Of a stretch of DNA of 55,177 nt, positions 37,134 through 49,000 are shown one piece after another. The position numbers were made by a program, and so were the translations under genes. Source of the stretch: Pseudolabrys sp. (GTDB lineage Bacteria; Pseudomonadota; Alphaproteobacteria; Rhizobiales; Xanthobacteraceae); NCBI GenBank assembly GCA_019247925.1, contig JAFBAG010000342.1, positions 1 to 55,177 on the forward strand. Reading direction: 5' to 3'. The notes below the pieces were generated by a model that saw only the letters and a list, made by a program, of their open reading frames with translations, had not been told where the DNA came from and did not search any database. The first letter of the stretch is position 1, and every line of letters begins with the position of its first letter.

Positions 37134-37625
37134 ATGAAGCATCTGTATTCCGCGTTCTTGGCACTGCTGATCGTCGGATCGGCGGGTCTCGTCGCGGCTC
37201 CTTCTGCGCAGGCGCAGGAGTACCGCTACGATGCGGGCTGTAACTGTAACCGTCCCGTCACCTCCACCCGGACCGTCCGCGAGGCGCCTCGGGTTATTTA
37301 CAACACCCGCGTTGTGAACACCCGCAAGGTTGTTCCGCGCAACCGCACGGTCGAGGAAAACCAGCTGGTTGTCCACGTCCGTCCGGTGATCCGCAAGGAA
37401 ATCGTCCTGCATCGCCAGCACGTCCACTATCAGGACATCGTGACCAAGCGGATCAACACGATCAACCGCTTCCGCGAAGAAGTGCAGCAGGGTGGTACCG
37501 AGAACAAGTACCAGACCACGACTTCGACCAGCGTTTCTTACCGCACCGTTCAGGGCAGCAACTGTAACTGCGGCGGCTACGAGCGCGTGGGTGGCGGATA
37601 TCGCGAAGCGACCTATCGCTACTAA
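37134..37625 (+). CDS. Secreted hypothetical Val/Arg/Thr-rich protein with two CNC motifs
   Basis: GAGG RBS, Sec signal ending AQA, strong downstream terminators and coherent codon usage. Confidence 0.85.
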   Translation: MKHLYSAFLALLIVGSAGLVAAPSAQAQEYRYDAGCNCNRPVTSTRTVREAPRVIYNTRVVNTRKVVPRNRTVEENQLVVHVRPVIRKEIVLHRQHVHYQDIVTKRINTINRFREEVQQGGTENKYQTTTSTSVSYRTVQGSNCNCGGYERVGGGYREATYRY

Positions 37626-37650
37626 TCTTATCGACAACTGACCAAGAACG

Positions 37651-37729
37651 CCGCCCCGCCTCAAACGCGGGGCGGTTTGCTTTTTGGTAACCGCCTCACG
37701 CCAAACGCAGGGGCGGTTTGTTTTCTTGG
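37651..37729 (+). terminator. Tandem duplicated intrinsic terminators
   Basis: ccgccccgc-ctcaaac-gcggggcgg-tttgcttttt (37651-37685) and an imperfect copy ccgcctcacgccaaacgcaggggcgg-tttgttttc starting at 37691. Confidence 0.8.
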
Positions 37730-37831
37730 GCACTCATTGCGTCGACCCGAAAAAAACTTTGAAAATCTTTTTAGTGCGAAAAAATTAGCCGTGCCGAAAA
37801 TCGCGAGAGCGTAGCGCGCGATAAGAGCTAA

Positions 37832-37880
37832 ATTTGAATCCTTACAATTCGAAATTGCCGCACCTTAGAGTGCTTACAAA
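37832..37880. promoter_or_regulatory. Possible Irr/ICE-like boxes in the AT-rich TBDR promoter
   Basis: cttagagtgcttacaaa (37864-37880) has 4 mismatches and atttgaatccttacaat (37832-37848) has 5 mismatches to TTTRGAAYNRTTCYAAA. Confidence 0.35.
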
Positions 37881-37981
37881 TCATTGTTATTGCAGAATTT
37901 TTTTTCGTTTCTACCGTGCCCGTGGGCATCGCGCATCACACAGTGTGAGGAGTTGGTCAGTGCCCAATGGAATGGGGCACA

Positions 37982-40150
37982 ATGCGTACGCACGGCAATA
38001 CGATCAGGTTTTTCCTGGCCGCGACATTTCTGACTTCGATCGCAGCGACCACCGGCCATGCCGAACCTGCGGTTAAGCCCAAACCCGGAAGTGCCGCACA
38101 GAACGCCAACGCGCAGGTCGAACTCGATACGATCACGGTGGAGTCCGGCGACTCCGTTGGCTATCTCGCCACCCGGACGTCCACGGCAACGAAGACCGAT
38201 ACGCCACTGCGCGACGTTCCTCAGTCGGTTTCCGTCGTCACCAAGGAGCAAATCAAAGACATCGGCGCGCAGCGGCTGGAAGACGTCGTGCGCTATATTC
38301 CAGGCGTCGTCTGGCACCAGGGCGAAAATAACCGCGATCAGGTCGTGATCCGTGGCCAGTCTTCCACCGCGGATTTTTTCGTCAATGGCATACGTGACGA
38401 TGCGCAGATCTTCCGCGACCTCTATAACGTCGAACGCGTCGAGGCGATCAAGGGGCCGAATGCCTTGATCTTCGGCCGCGGCGGGGCGGGCGGCGTGCTC
38501 AATCGCGTGCTCAAAGAAGCCGACGGCGTCACACGCCGAGAAGTTACGGTTCAAGGCGGCTCGTTCGCGGACCGGCGCATCTCAGTGGATGCGGGCGGAA
38601 GGGCCTCCGATACCGTATCGGCCCGCATCAACGCGGTTTACGAAAAGGCCGAAAGCTATCGCGATTACGTCGATCTCGAGCGTTACGGAATCAATCCGAC
38701 GCTCACCTGGACGCCGACCGCGGCCACCAGCATCAAGCTGAGCTACGAGTACTTTCACGATTTCCGCCATCAAGACCGCGGCGTGCCGTCGCAAAACGGC
38801 CAGCCCTATTTCCCGGCCGGCTACTCGACTTTCTTCGGCAACCCGCAGCTCAGCGTTTCGCCGGCCACGTCCCATATCGTGATGGCGAAGATCGACCATG
38901 TCTTCGATAGCGGCCTGAAAGTGACGAACCAGACGCGCTATCAACACACGGACCGGTTCTACCAAAACGTCTATCCGAACGGGACTTCGGCGGTCACCGC
39001 CGGCGGACTCGCGACGCTCGCTGCGTATAACAACACCAACAACCGGGAAAATCTGATCAACCAGACGGACTGGACCTACAAGCTCGCAACCGGTCCCATC
39101 GCCCATACGCTGCTCGTCGGCACCGAGTTCGCCGAACAGAAATCTTACAACTGGCGCAACACCGGGTTTTTCCCTGGCAATGCACAGACCATGACCGTGT
39201 CAGCGGCAAACCCGGTCAGCTTCGTTCCGGTCACTTTCAGCGGCCTCGCCAGTGACGCGAGAAACCGGACCAACCTCGCCGTCGCGGCGGTATTTGCCCA
39301 AGACCAGCTAAAAGTGACCCGCTGGCTCGAATTCATTGCCGGCGTGCGTTTTGAACGCTTCGACCTCAATTACGTCAATCTCAACGCGCAGGGCCCCACC
39401 TTGGGTCAGACCTTCAATCGCGTCGACAATCTGACGTCGCCGCGAGTCGGTGTGGTGCTCAAACCGATCGAGCCGCTATCGATCTATGCCAGCCACAGCG
39501 TGTCGTACCTGCCAGCCTCCGGCGACCAGTTCAACAGTTTGACACCAGGCCTTGTCGCGTCCGAACCGGAAAAGTTCGTCAACAACGAAATCGGCGTGAA
39601 GTACGACATCATGCCGAGACTTGCATTTACCGCCGCGGTCTATCAGCTCGACCGCACCAATTCGCGCTTTCCTGATCCTGCAAACGCCGGCTTCTTTATC
39701 CTGAGCGGCGCGACACGCGCGCGCGGATTGGAGACATCGCTCGTTGGATACGTGATGGACAATTGGCAGATCTCTGCCGGCTACGCCTACACCGATGCAC
39801 GCATCGTGGGGAACACGTCGGCCACCGTCGTTGCGGGCAATCGCGTCGCGCTTGTCCCATACAACCAATTCAGTCTTTGGAACCGCTACGACTTTACGGA
39901 GCGCTGGGGCGCCGGCCTCGGCGTCGTGAGCATGAGCGATTTCTACGCGACGTCGGACGACACGGTTCGCCTGCCCGCCTATACGCGCGTCGATGGAGCA
40001 CTTTTCTTCAATCTGAACCGCAATTGGAAGGGGCAGATCAACGTGGAAAACCTCTTCGGAGTGCGGTATTACCCGACCGCCGACGCCAACAACAACATCA
40101 CGCCTGGGTCGCCACGCGCCATCCGCGTCAGCGTCACGGGCAATTTGTGA
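37982..40150 (+). CDS. TonB-dependent siderophore receptor (Fiu-like)
   Basis: Signal peptide, TonB box DTITV, ATKTDTPLRDVPQSVSV, IRG, VERVEAIKGP and NVENLF motifs. Confidence 0.95.
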   Translation: MRTHGNTIRFFLAATFLTSIAATTGHAEPAVKPKPGSAAQNANAQVELDTITVESGDSVGYLATRTSTATKTDTPLRDVPQSVSVVTKEQIKDIGAQRLEDVVRYIPGVVWHQGENNRDQVVIRGQSSTADFFVNGIRDDAQIFRDLYNVERVEAIKGPNALIFGRGGAGGVLNRVLKEADGVTRREVTVQGGSFADRRISVDAGGRASDTVSARINAVYEKAESYRDYVDLERYGINPTLTWTPTAATSIKLSYEYFHDFRHQDRGVPSQNGQPYFPAGYSTFFGNPQLSVSPATSHIVMAKIDHVFDSGLKVTNQTRYQHTDRFYQNVYPNGTSAVTAGGLATLAAYNNTNNRENLINQTDWTYKLATGPIAHTLLVGTEFAEQKSYNWRNTGFFPGNAQTMTVSAANPVSFVPVTFSGLASDARNRTNLAVAAVFAQDQLKVTRWLEFIAGVRFERFDLNYVNLNAQGPTLGQTFNRVDNLTSPRVGVVLKPIEPLSIYASHSVSYLPASGDQFNSLTPGLVASEPEKFVNNEIGVKYDIMPRLAFTAAVYQLDRTNSRFPDPANAGFFILSGATRARGLETSLVGYVMDNWQISAGYAYTDARIVGNTSATVVAGNRVALVPYNQFSLWNRYDFTERWGAGLGVVSMSDFYATSDDTVRLPAYTRVDGALFFNLNRNWKGQINVENLFGVRYYPTADANNNITPGSPRAIRVSVTGNL

Positions 40151-40156
40151 GCGCAC

Positions 40157-40999
40157 ATGAGAACGGCGACAAGCAATCGAAGCGGGGCGGTTATGCGGCG
40201 TAGCGCGCGCATGGTTTTGCCAGCGGCGATCCTGCTGCTTGTCTTGATTCTGCCGGCGGGGGGGCAGGATGCTGCAACACTGCCGCCGGCCAAATTGCCG
40301 CGCGATCTATCGCCCTGGGGCATGTTTTTAGCCGCCGACATCGTCGTGAAAGCAGTGATGCTCGGCCTCGTATTCGCCTCGGTACTCACCTGGACGATCT
40401 GGCTCGCCAAGACGCTCGAACTCTTCGCCGCGCGCCGCCAATTGCAGAAAAGTTATGCCGCCGTCGCTGGCGCGCGGACTTTGTCCGAGGCGGCAGGCCG
40501 GCTCGGGCCGAAGAAAGGCAGCGCCGGTGGGCTGATCGAGGCGGCCGAGCAGGAAATTCGCCTGTCCGCGGATGCGATCGAGCCCGACGGATTCAAGGAG
40601 CGCATCGCGCTGCGATTTTCCCGCATCGAGGCGGCCACCGGCCGCGCCATGATCCGCGGCACCGGACTGCTGGCCACCATCGGCGCGACGGCGCCTTTCG
40701 TCGGCCTGTTCGGCACGGTGTGGGGCATCATGAACAGCTTCATCGGCATATCGAAGCAGCAAACCACGAACCTCGCCGTGGTGGCGCCCGGCATCGCCGA
40801 AGCGCTGCTCGCCACCGCCCTCGGCCTGGTCGCGGCGATTCCCGCGGTCGTGATGTACAACTTCTTCTCGCGCTGGACCGCGTCCTTCCGCGCGCTGCAC
40901 GGCGATGTGGCCGCCGAAGTCATGCGCATTGTCAGCCGGGATCTCGACCGCGGCACCCTGCCCCGGCCCGGCCGCAAGCCCGCCGCCGCCGCGGAATAA
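40157..40999 (+). CDS. exbB: TonB system energizer ExbB
   Basis: [29 protein letters not shown] and VAPGIAEAL motifs. Start uncertain. Confidence 0.95.
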   Translation: MRTATSNRSGAVMRRSARMVLPAAILLLVLILPAGGQDAATLPPAKLPRDLSPWGMFLAADIVVKAVMLGLVFASVLTWTIWLAKTLELFAARRQLQKSYAAVAGARTLSEAAGRLGPKKGSAGGLIEAAEQEIRLSADAIEPDGFKERIALRFSRIEAATGRAMIRGTGLLATIGATAPFVGLFGTVWGIMNSFIGISKQQTTNLAVVAPGIAEALLATALGLVAAIPAVVMYNFFSRWTASFRALHGDVAAEVMRIVSRDLDRGTLPRPGRKPAAAAE

Positions 41000-41002
41000 C
41001 GC

Positions 41003-41431
41003 ATGGCTGTGCGCCTCGATCATGGCAGCGACGAGCTCGACGAGCTTCACGAAATCAACGTGACGCCCTTCATCGACGTGATTTTGGTCCTTCTCATCAT
41101 TTTCATGATCGCGGCCCCGCTGGCCACGGTCGACATCGCCGTCGACCTTCCGCAAGCCAATGCCCAGCCGCAGCCCCGGCCGGACAAGCCGATCTTTCTG
41201 ACACTCAAGCCGGATTTGACCATCTCGCTCAATAACGAGCAGAACGTGCCGCGCGATGCGCTTGCCTCGACGCTCGACGACCTTACCGGAGCCGATCACG
41301 AGCAGCGGGTGTTCGTGCGTGCCGACAAGGTCGTGCCTTATGGCGAACTGATGACCTTGATGAATGTCCTGAGGAACGCCGGCTATCTTAAGATCGCGCT
41401 GGTCGGCCTCGAAGGCGAGGCCCTTCAGTGA
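41003..41431 (+). CDS. exbD: TonB system protein ExbD
   Basis: EINVTPFIDVILVLLIIFM, RADKVVPYG and KIALVG motifs. Confidence 0.96.
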   Translation: MAVRLDHGSDELDELHEINVTPFIDVILVLLIIFMIAAPLATVDIAVDLPQANAQPQPRPDKPIFLTLKPDLTISLNNEQNVPRDALASTLDDLTGADHEQRVFVRADKVVPYGELMTLMNVLRNAGYLKIALVGLEGEALQ

Positions 41432-42108
41432 TCCCGACCCGCCAGCGGCTCGCTGACGGAGGGCGTTGGGTCCTGTGCTTTGCCATCATTTTGACCGCGC
41501 ACATCGCCGCAGGCGCTGTGGCCCTGCTCGCACGCACGCATGACGACGGCCTTGCGGCTAATCCGCCCGTGATCACGTTGGAGCTTGCGCCTGTCGCGGC
41601 CGCGCCGGAGACGCCGCAGGATGTCGCGATCGGCCCGCAGCAGGTGGAAACGCCGGAAGTTGAAAAGCCCCCGCCACCGCCCGATGCAATCGCCATCGAG
41701 CCGCCCAAGCCGCGCGAAAAGCCTCCGGAAAAGAAAAAGGCCGCAAAGCTGACGACGGTGCCCGCGCCGGCCGAAAAACGCGCCGCCGTCGCAGCGACGC
41801 CGATGTCGGGAGCCGCCGGGTCCAACGCACTTCCGAGCTGGAAGTCGTCGCTGGTCGCGGCGCTCGAGCGCAGCAAGCGCTATCCATCCGACGCCCGCGG
41901 CGACCAGGGCGTGGCGCAACTTGCTTTCAGTGTTGACCGCAGCGGCGGCGTGCACAATGCACGGATCATGCGCAGTTCCGGTTCTTCGGCGCTCGACAAG
42001 GAAACGCTTGCATTAGCGCGACGCGTCTCGCCGCTACCGGCACCGCCGACCGAGATCGCCGGCTCGATGATCCCGATCGTCGTCCCGATCCGTTACCACC
42101 TGCACTGA
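41428..42108 (+). CDS. tonB: Energy transducer TonB
   Basis: N-terminal TM containing His, Pro/Lys/Glu-rich linker, YP..AR, SSGS.ALD and PLPAPP C-terminal domain. Confidence 0.9.
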   Translation: MIPTRQRLADGGRWVLCFAIILTAHIAAGAVALLARTHDDGLAANPPVITLELAPVAAAPETPQDVAIGPQQVETPEVEKPPPPPDAIAIEPPKPREKPPEKKKAAKLTTVPAPAEKRAAVAATPMSGAAGSNALPSWKSSLVAALERSKRYPSDARGDQGVAQLAFSVDRSGGVHNARIMRSSGSSALDKETLALARRVSPLPAPPTEIAGSMIPIVVPIRYHLH

Positions 42109-42302
42109 GCGTCGACTCCCCGCGCGCGTTAACCATATTCAAAAACCGCGGGAACACCCGTCGTTTCGCTCTTGAAAGCGCGGGCCGATCAGAAAATTAT
42201 CGGCGCGTCGTTAACCTTCTTTCGCGGACGGGCCTGATGGGAAGGAACCGCCGCGTTAGAAAGCGCACGGAGGCTGTCGGCGCGAATGCCGCATTGAGGA
42301 CG

Positions 42303-42896
42303 ATGAAAAGGGTCATTGTCACTTCGCTGAGTCTGCTCGCTGTAATCTGCACTTCGCCCGCGCTGGCGACGCCGCAGAAGTCCGTCGAGCGTTTCGCGAA
42401 TACTGTGCCGGCCGAAACCATCTCGCGCAGCCGTTCCGACGCCGCCGAACAGGCAGCGTCCGTGCCGGGCGCCGGCGCTGTTCTGCTCGAAGCCTTGCGT
42501 TGGCGCGGACGCACCGCCAAGCAGCTTGGCCTGCCGTCGCAGCTCTGGTGCGCGGATTTCATGAACTTCGTCATGCGCAAGGCCGGCGGTAAGGGCACCG
42601 ACTCCCGCGCTGCGCGCTCGTTCCTGCAATACGGCAAGAAGCTCGACGGTCCGCGCGTCGGCGCGATTGCCATCTTCACCCGCAAGGGTCCGAACAACGG
42701 CCATGTCGGAATCGTCCGCGGCACCGATGGTGACGGCAACCCCATCGTGATCTCGGGCAATCATGGGCCGACCGTGGTGCAGTCGATGTATCCGAAGCAC
42801 CGCGTGCTCGCGTATGTCATGCCGCCCGACTACGTGCTCGAAGACATCGCCAGCACCGCGCGCGCGCAGGCGATGCAGAACACCGGCCGCAATTAA
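42303..42896 (+). CDS. Secreted CHAP/NlpC-like protein (TIGR02594-type)
   Basis: GAGGA RBS, signal peptide, LWCADFMN, ARSF, GHVGIV and ISGN motifs. Confidence 0.8.
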   Translation: MKRVIVTSLSLLAVICTSPALATPQKSVERFANTVPAETISRSRSDAAEQAASVPGAGAVLLEALRWRGRTAKQLGLPSQLWCADFMNFVMRKAGGKGTDSRAARSFLQYGKKLDGPRVGAIAIFTRKGPNNGHVGIVRGTDGDGNPIVISGNHGPTVVQSMYPKHRVLAYVMPPDYVLEDIASTARAQAMQNTGRN

Positions 42897-43058
42897 TCTC
42901 TCTTAAGCGACGCCGTTAACGCGCGCAGCCCCCGCGCGTGCGGATTAATGTTAACTCCGGGCCAATCACCCCCGCGTGATGGCAGCCGCTAAGTTCGCCC
43001 CCAAACACAAAAGCGGCGCGGCGATTTGCCGAGCGTCCGCTTGACGGGGCAAGGCGGA

Positions 43059-46000
43059 ATGTTCGTACGGCGTCCATACGTTGTACTGAGCGCGGCGATC
43101 ACACTGGCAACGATCCTGCCGGCGGCGAATGCCGTTGCGCAATCGCAGGCGTGTATCAGCAAGGACGCGTCGCCCGACGCCCGTATTGCCAGCTGCACGA
43201 ACACGATCGGCGACAAGAAAGCCACCAAGATCGCAAAGGCCTCCGCGCATCTGGCGCGCGCCAATGCCTATCGCGAAAAGGGCGACGTCGAACGGGCGCT
43301 TGCCGACTACGCCGAGTCAATCAAGCTCAGCCCGAAGCCCGAAGCCTATCTCGACCGCGGCATGCTGCTGCGCGACCAGGGCCAGCTCGAGCGCGCCGCG
43401 CAGGATCTCGAACAGGTGGTGCGGCTCGCCAAGACCAATTCGGCGGCGATGAATGCTCTCGCGCACATCTATTACAACCAGCGCGACTACGACCGCGCCA
43501 TTGCGCACCTCAACACGACGCTCAAGCTCAATCCAAACTATGCCGTCGCGCTCTACAACCGCGGCATGGCCTTTCGTTCGAAGGGCGAGCCCGATCGCGC
43601 CGTGCCGGATTTCGACCGCGCGATCAAGATCAATCCCAATGACGCCGCGTCGTGGCACAGCCGCGCCCTCGCCTACCGCGACATGCGCGACTACGAGCGC
43701 GCCATTCAGGATTTTGACCAAGCGATCAGGCTGACGCCCAATTTCATTCTGGCGCTCAACGATCGCGGTATCGCCTATGCTTCCAAGGGCGAGGTCGAGC
43801 GCGCCATCCAGGACTTCGATCAGGCGATCCTGCTCGATCCACGCGATGCCCTTGCCTACAACAACCGCGGCAACGCCTATCGCAACCGCGGCGAGATCGA
43901 GCGCGCCATCAAAGACTACGACCAGGCGTTGCTGCTCGATGGCAACTACGTGCTCGCTTATTACAACCGCGGCATGGCGTTCTTCGATCGCCGTCAGTAC
44001 GACCGCGCCATCAAGGACTTCGATGAGGCCGTCAAGCTCGATGCCAAATATGCACTCGCGTATTACGACCGCGGCCTGACCTATTATCACAAGGGCGATT
44101 TCGAGAAGGCCGTGGCTGACCTGAGTCAGGCGATCAAGCTCGATCCCAAGGATGGACTTTCGTTCTACAACCGCGGCATCGCCTATACCGCCAAGGGGGA
44201 CGCCGAGCGCGCCATTGCCGACTTCGATCAGGCGGTCCGGATCGATCCGAAAAACGCCCTCGCCTATTTCAATCGCGGCCTTGTTCTGCACGGCAAGGGC
44301 GACGACGACCGCGCAATCGCCGACTTCACGCAAGCGCTGCGGGTCGACGGCAAAAGTGCGCAGGCTTATTACCACCGCGGCCTCGCTTACCGCGGCAAGG
44401 GAGACCTCGACCGCGCGCTCGCCGACTTCGACCAGTCGACCAAGCTCGATCCCAAGCAGGCCGCCGTCTATTTCGAGCGCGGCAATGTGTACGCCGACAA
44501 GCGCGATCCGGATCGCGCGATCGTCGACTACAATATGGCCATCAATATCAAGCCGGACTACGTCGCAGCCTTCAATGCGCGCGGTCAGGCCTACAACGCC
44601 AAAGGCAACTCGGACCGCGCGGTCGCGGATTTCGACCAGGCGGTTCTGCTTGATCCCAAGAGTGCGCTCGGGTTTTCCAATCGCGGCGCCGCCTATCTCG
44701 CCAAGCGCGACTTCGAGCGCGCTGCGGCGGATTTCGAGCGGGCGATCAAGGCCAATCCGAACTTCGCGGGTGCCTACCTCAACCGCGGCCTGGCGTTCAA
44801 GGAATTACGGGAGTTCGCAAAGGCGGTGGAGGATTTCACCGCGGCGATCAAGTTCGATCCGAAAAGCGCCGCGGCCTACAACGCGCGCGGCTATTCCTAT
44901 CGCAATCTCGGAGACTATGACCGCGCCTTCGCCGATTTCGACCAGGCGCTCAAGCTCAACGCCTCGTTGCCGGAGGCCTATTTCAACCGCGGCGTCGCGC
45001 GCTATGAGCATCGCGACTACGAGCGCGCCATTGCCGACCTGTCGCAGGCCGTGCGGCTGGAGTCGCGTGATCCTTCGATCTTCCACGCGCGAGGTCTCGC
45101 CTATCGCGAAAAGCAGGACTACGAGCGCGCCATCGCCGACTTCGACCAGACGCTGAAGCTCAACCCGAAGCTGACCGGGGCCTATGTCGACCGCGGCAAT
45201 GCCTATCAATACAAAGGCGATGCCGAGCGCGCGGTGAAGGATTATGACGCCGCGATCAAGCTCGATCCCAAATATGCCGCCGCCTTCACCGAGCGCGCCA
45301 ATACTTTCGCGGCGCGCGGCAAGATCGAGCGCGCGCTGCAGGACTACGATCAGGCGATCAAGTTCAATCCGACCTATGCCGGCGTGTTCATCAGCCGCGC
45401 CCAGCTTTTCCATCGCCGGGGCGAAAATGCCAAGTCGCTCGCCGATCTCGACCAGGCGATCAAGCTCGATCCGAATTCGGCCTTCGCGCTCAATCAGCGC
45501 GCGCAAATCTATCAGGACCGCGGCGAAACCGACCGCGCCATCGCAGATTTCAGCCAGGCGATCAGAGCCAATCCGCGCTTCGAAACAGCGCTCAACGGCC
45601 GCGGCATGGCTTTCAAGAGCAAAGGCCAGCTCGAACGCGCGGTGGCCGATTTCGACCAGGCGCTGACGATCAATCCGAACTTTGCGGAAGCCCTGGTGAG
45701 CCGCGGCGAGACGCTGGAGCAGATCGGTTATCACGACCGCGCGCTAAAGGACCTTGACCAGGCCCTGCGGCTCAATCCGAACAACGCGGAAGGCTACAAC
45801 GTGCGCGGCCGCATCTACGCCGCCAAGCGCGACTTCGACCGGGCGCTGAGCGAATTTGCCCGCGCTTTGCAGATCGATGGCAAGCTCGCCTCGGCCTATA
45901 ACGGCCGCGGCCTCGCCTATCGCCTTAAGGGCGACCATGAGCGCGCGATTTCGGATTTCAGCGCGGCCGCGCGGCTAGACCCCAATTACGCGATGGCCTT

Positions 46001-49000
46001 CAGCAATCGCGGCAATGTCTATTTCGACCGCCGCGAATACGACCGCGCCATCGCGGATCTGACCCAGGCGATCAAGCTCAATCCCGGCCACGTGCGCGCG
46101 TATTACGACCGCGGCATCGCTTATGGGGCCAAGGGCGACGTCGAGCGGGCCATCGCCGATTTCGGCGAAGCGATCAAGCTGGATCCGAAGAACGCCATCG
46201 CCGTCAACAATCGCGGCGTCGCCTATCACAGCAAGGGCGACACGGCGCGCGCCGCGGCAGACTTCGACCAGGCGATCAAGCTCAACGAGTCCTACTCGAT
46301 GGCCTATTACAACCGGGCCAATCTGAACGTCGAGAAGCGCGACTATGATCGCGCGATCGCGGACTTTTCGCAGGCGATCAAGCTCAATGCGAGGGACTAT
46401 TTCGCCCTGCACGACCGTGGCGTCGCGTTCTACCAGAAGCGCGACTACCAGCGCGCCATCGAGGACTTCGAGCAGGCGATCAAGCTCAAGCCGGACTTCA
46501 GCGTCTCGACCAATGCGTCCGACGACGATACGCGCAACCAGCGCGGCTATGATCGCGACAATCCGGACATCAGCCCGCCGATCAAGGTCAGCCCGGTGTT
46601 CAGCCTTGCCTATAATGACCGGGGCATCGCCAGTGCCGCGAAGGCCGATTATGCGAAGGCGATCGAAAGCTTCGACCGCGCCATCAAACTCAATCCAGGC
46701 CTCGCGGTCGCGCACTACAACCGCGGCAATGCCCTGTTCCAGAAGAACGAGGTCGAGGCGGCGCTGGCAAGTTACAGCAAAGCCATCCAGCTCAATCCCA
46801 AGGACGCCAACGCGCATCATGATCGCGGCGTCGCCTATTACGTGCGCGAGGACTATGACGCGGCAATCGCCGATTTCGACAAATCGCTGGCGCTCGACGG
46901 GAAAAACGCGGCGGCGCATTACAACCGCGGCATCGCCTATTTCGAGAAGCGCAATTACGACCGCGCCATCGAAGGCTTCGAGCGCGCGATCAAGCTCGAT
47001 CCGAAGCTCGCGGCCGCCTACAGCGCGCGCGGCAACGCCCTCGCGAGCCGCGGAGAATTCGAGCGCGCGATCACCGATCTGAGCCAGGCGGTGAAGCTCA
47101 ATCCGAATGACGCGATGGCGCTCACGGATCGCGGCATCGCCTATGGCTTGAAGGGCGAAAGCGAGCGGGCGCTGGCTGATTTTGACGCGGCGATCGCGCT
47201 CGACGGCAAATATGCGCCGGCCTTCAACAATCGCGGCATTGCTTATGCCTTCAAGGGCCAGGGCGACCGCGCGCTCGCCGATTACGACCAGGCGATCAAA
47301 CTCAATCCCGGCTACGCGCTCGCCTTCTACAACCGCGCCAATGCCTATTACGACCGGGGCGACTATGCGCATGCGATCGCGGATTACGACAAGGCGGTGA
47401 AGCTCAATCCCGGTGACGCGCTCGCCTTCAGCAACCGGGGCAACGCGTACGCCAACCGCGGGGAGTTCGACCGCGCGCTCGCCGATTACAACCAGGCGCT
47501 GAAGCTCAATCCGGGCTACGCCCAGGCCTTCAACAATCGCGGCGTGGTCTTTGGCGCCAAGGGCGATGGCGACCGGGCGATCGCCGACTTCGACCAGGCA
47601 AGCCGGCTCGATCCGCAGCATGCGCTCGCCCCCTACAATCGCGGGCTCGCATTGCGCGACAAGAACGAGATCGACCGCGCCGTCCAGGCTTTCGACCAGG
47701 CGCTCAAGGCCAACCCTGCATACCTCGCCGCGCTCTATAGCCGCGGCGGCGCTTATAGCCTCAAGCGCGATTATGACCGCGCCATCGCCGACTACGGCGC
47801 CGCGCTCAAGCTCAAACCGAACTTCGCGCCGGCGGTCTATGACCGCGCTTTGGCCTACGGCATCAAGGGCGACCATGCCCACGCGCTCGCGGATTTCGAC
47901 GAGGCGATCAAGCTCGACCCGAAAAATGCGCTGGCTTGGTTCAACCGCGGCGTCGCCAGCCGCAACAGCGGTGATCTCGACAAGGCCATTGCCGACTTCT
48001 CCGAGGCGCTCAAGCTCGACGGCAAGCTCGCGCAGGCCTATTTCGAACGTGGCGCCGCGCTCGCCGCCAAGCGCGACAGCGACCGCGCCATCGCCGATTT
48101 CGACCAGGCGGTGCGGCTCAAGCCGAATTTCGAGGCGGCCTATTATCAGCGCGCCGTGATCCACCGCGACCGCCGCGACTATGACCGCGCCATCAGCGAC
48201 CTCACGCAGGTGATCCGGCTAGAGCCCAAGAGCACCGCGGCTTACGCGCAGCGTGGTCTTTCTTACCGCGACAAGGGCGACACCGAACGCGCCGCTGCGG
48301 ACTTCGATCAGGCGGCGCGGCTCGACGGCCAGTCCGCCGCCGCCTTCGTCAATCGCGGCACGACACTCGGCATGCGTGGCGAATATGACCGGGCGATCGC
48401 CGACTTCGACCAGGCGATCAAGCTCGATCCGAAAAACGCCGTCGCGTTCAACAATCGCGGCTTCAGCTATCGCAACAAGAGCGATCTTGATCGCGCCGTC
48501 AGCGATTTCGACGCGGCGCTCAAGATCAATCCCAACTACGCCACAGCGCTGTTTAATCGGGCCGGCGTGTTCTACGAAAAGCGCGAATACGACCGCGCCA
48601 TCAAGGATTTCGATGCCGTGATCCGCGGCAACCCGAACATGGCGTCGGCTTATAATGCGCGCGGCCTTGCTTACGACGGCAAAGGCGACGCGAGCCAGGC
48701 GGTCGCCGATTTCGGCAAGGCAATCCAGCTCGATCCCAAGAACGCCCTCGCCTACAACAACCGCGGCTTCGCCTACCGCAGTAAGGGCGATTTCGACCGC
48801 GCCATTGCCGATTACACCCAGGCTTTGGCGCTCAATCCGAAATACGCGCTGGCGCTCTACAATCGCGGCATTGCGCACTACGACAAGCGCGACTTCGACA
48901 AAGCCATGGCCGACATGAACGCGGCGCAGAAGCTCAATCCGAGCTACGGCAATGCGTTCTACGATCGCGGCATCACGTTTTACGACAAGCAGGATTACGA

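Noticed and set aside
42151-42175. EcfG promoter at GGAAC 42151
   Set aside because: No CGTT-like -10 at 16-17 nt spacing.
43239-49000. 102-bp periodic DNA as a repeat array or mobile element
   Set aside because: Fully explained by TPR coding; copies are diverged and in frame.
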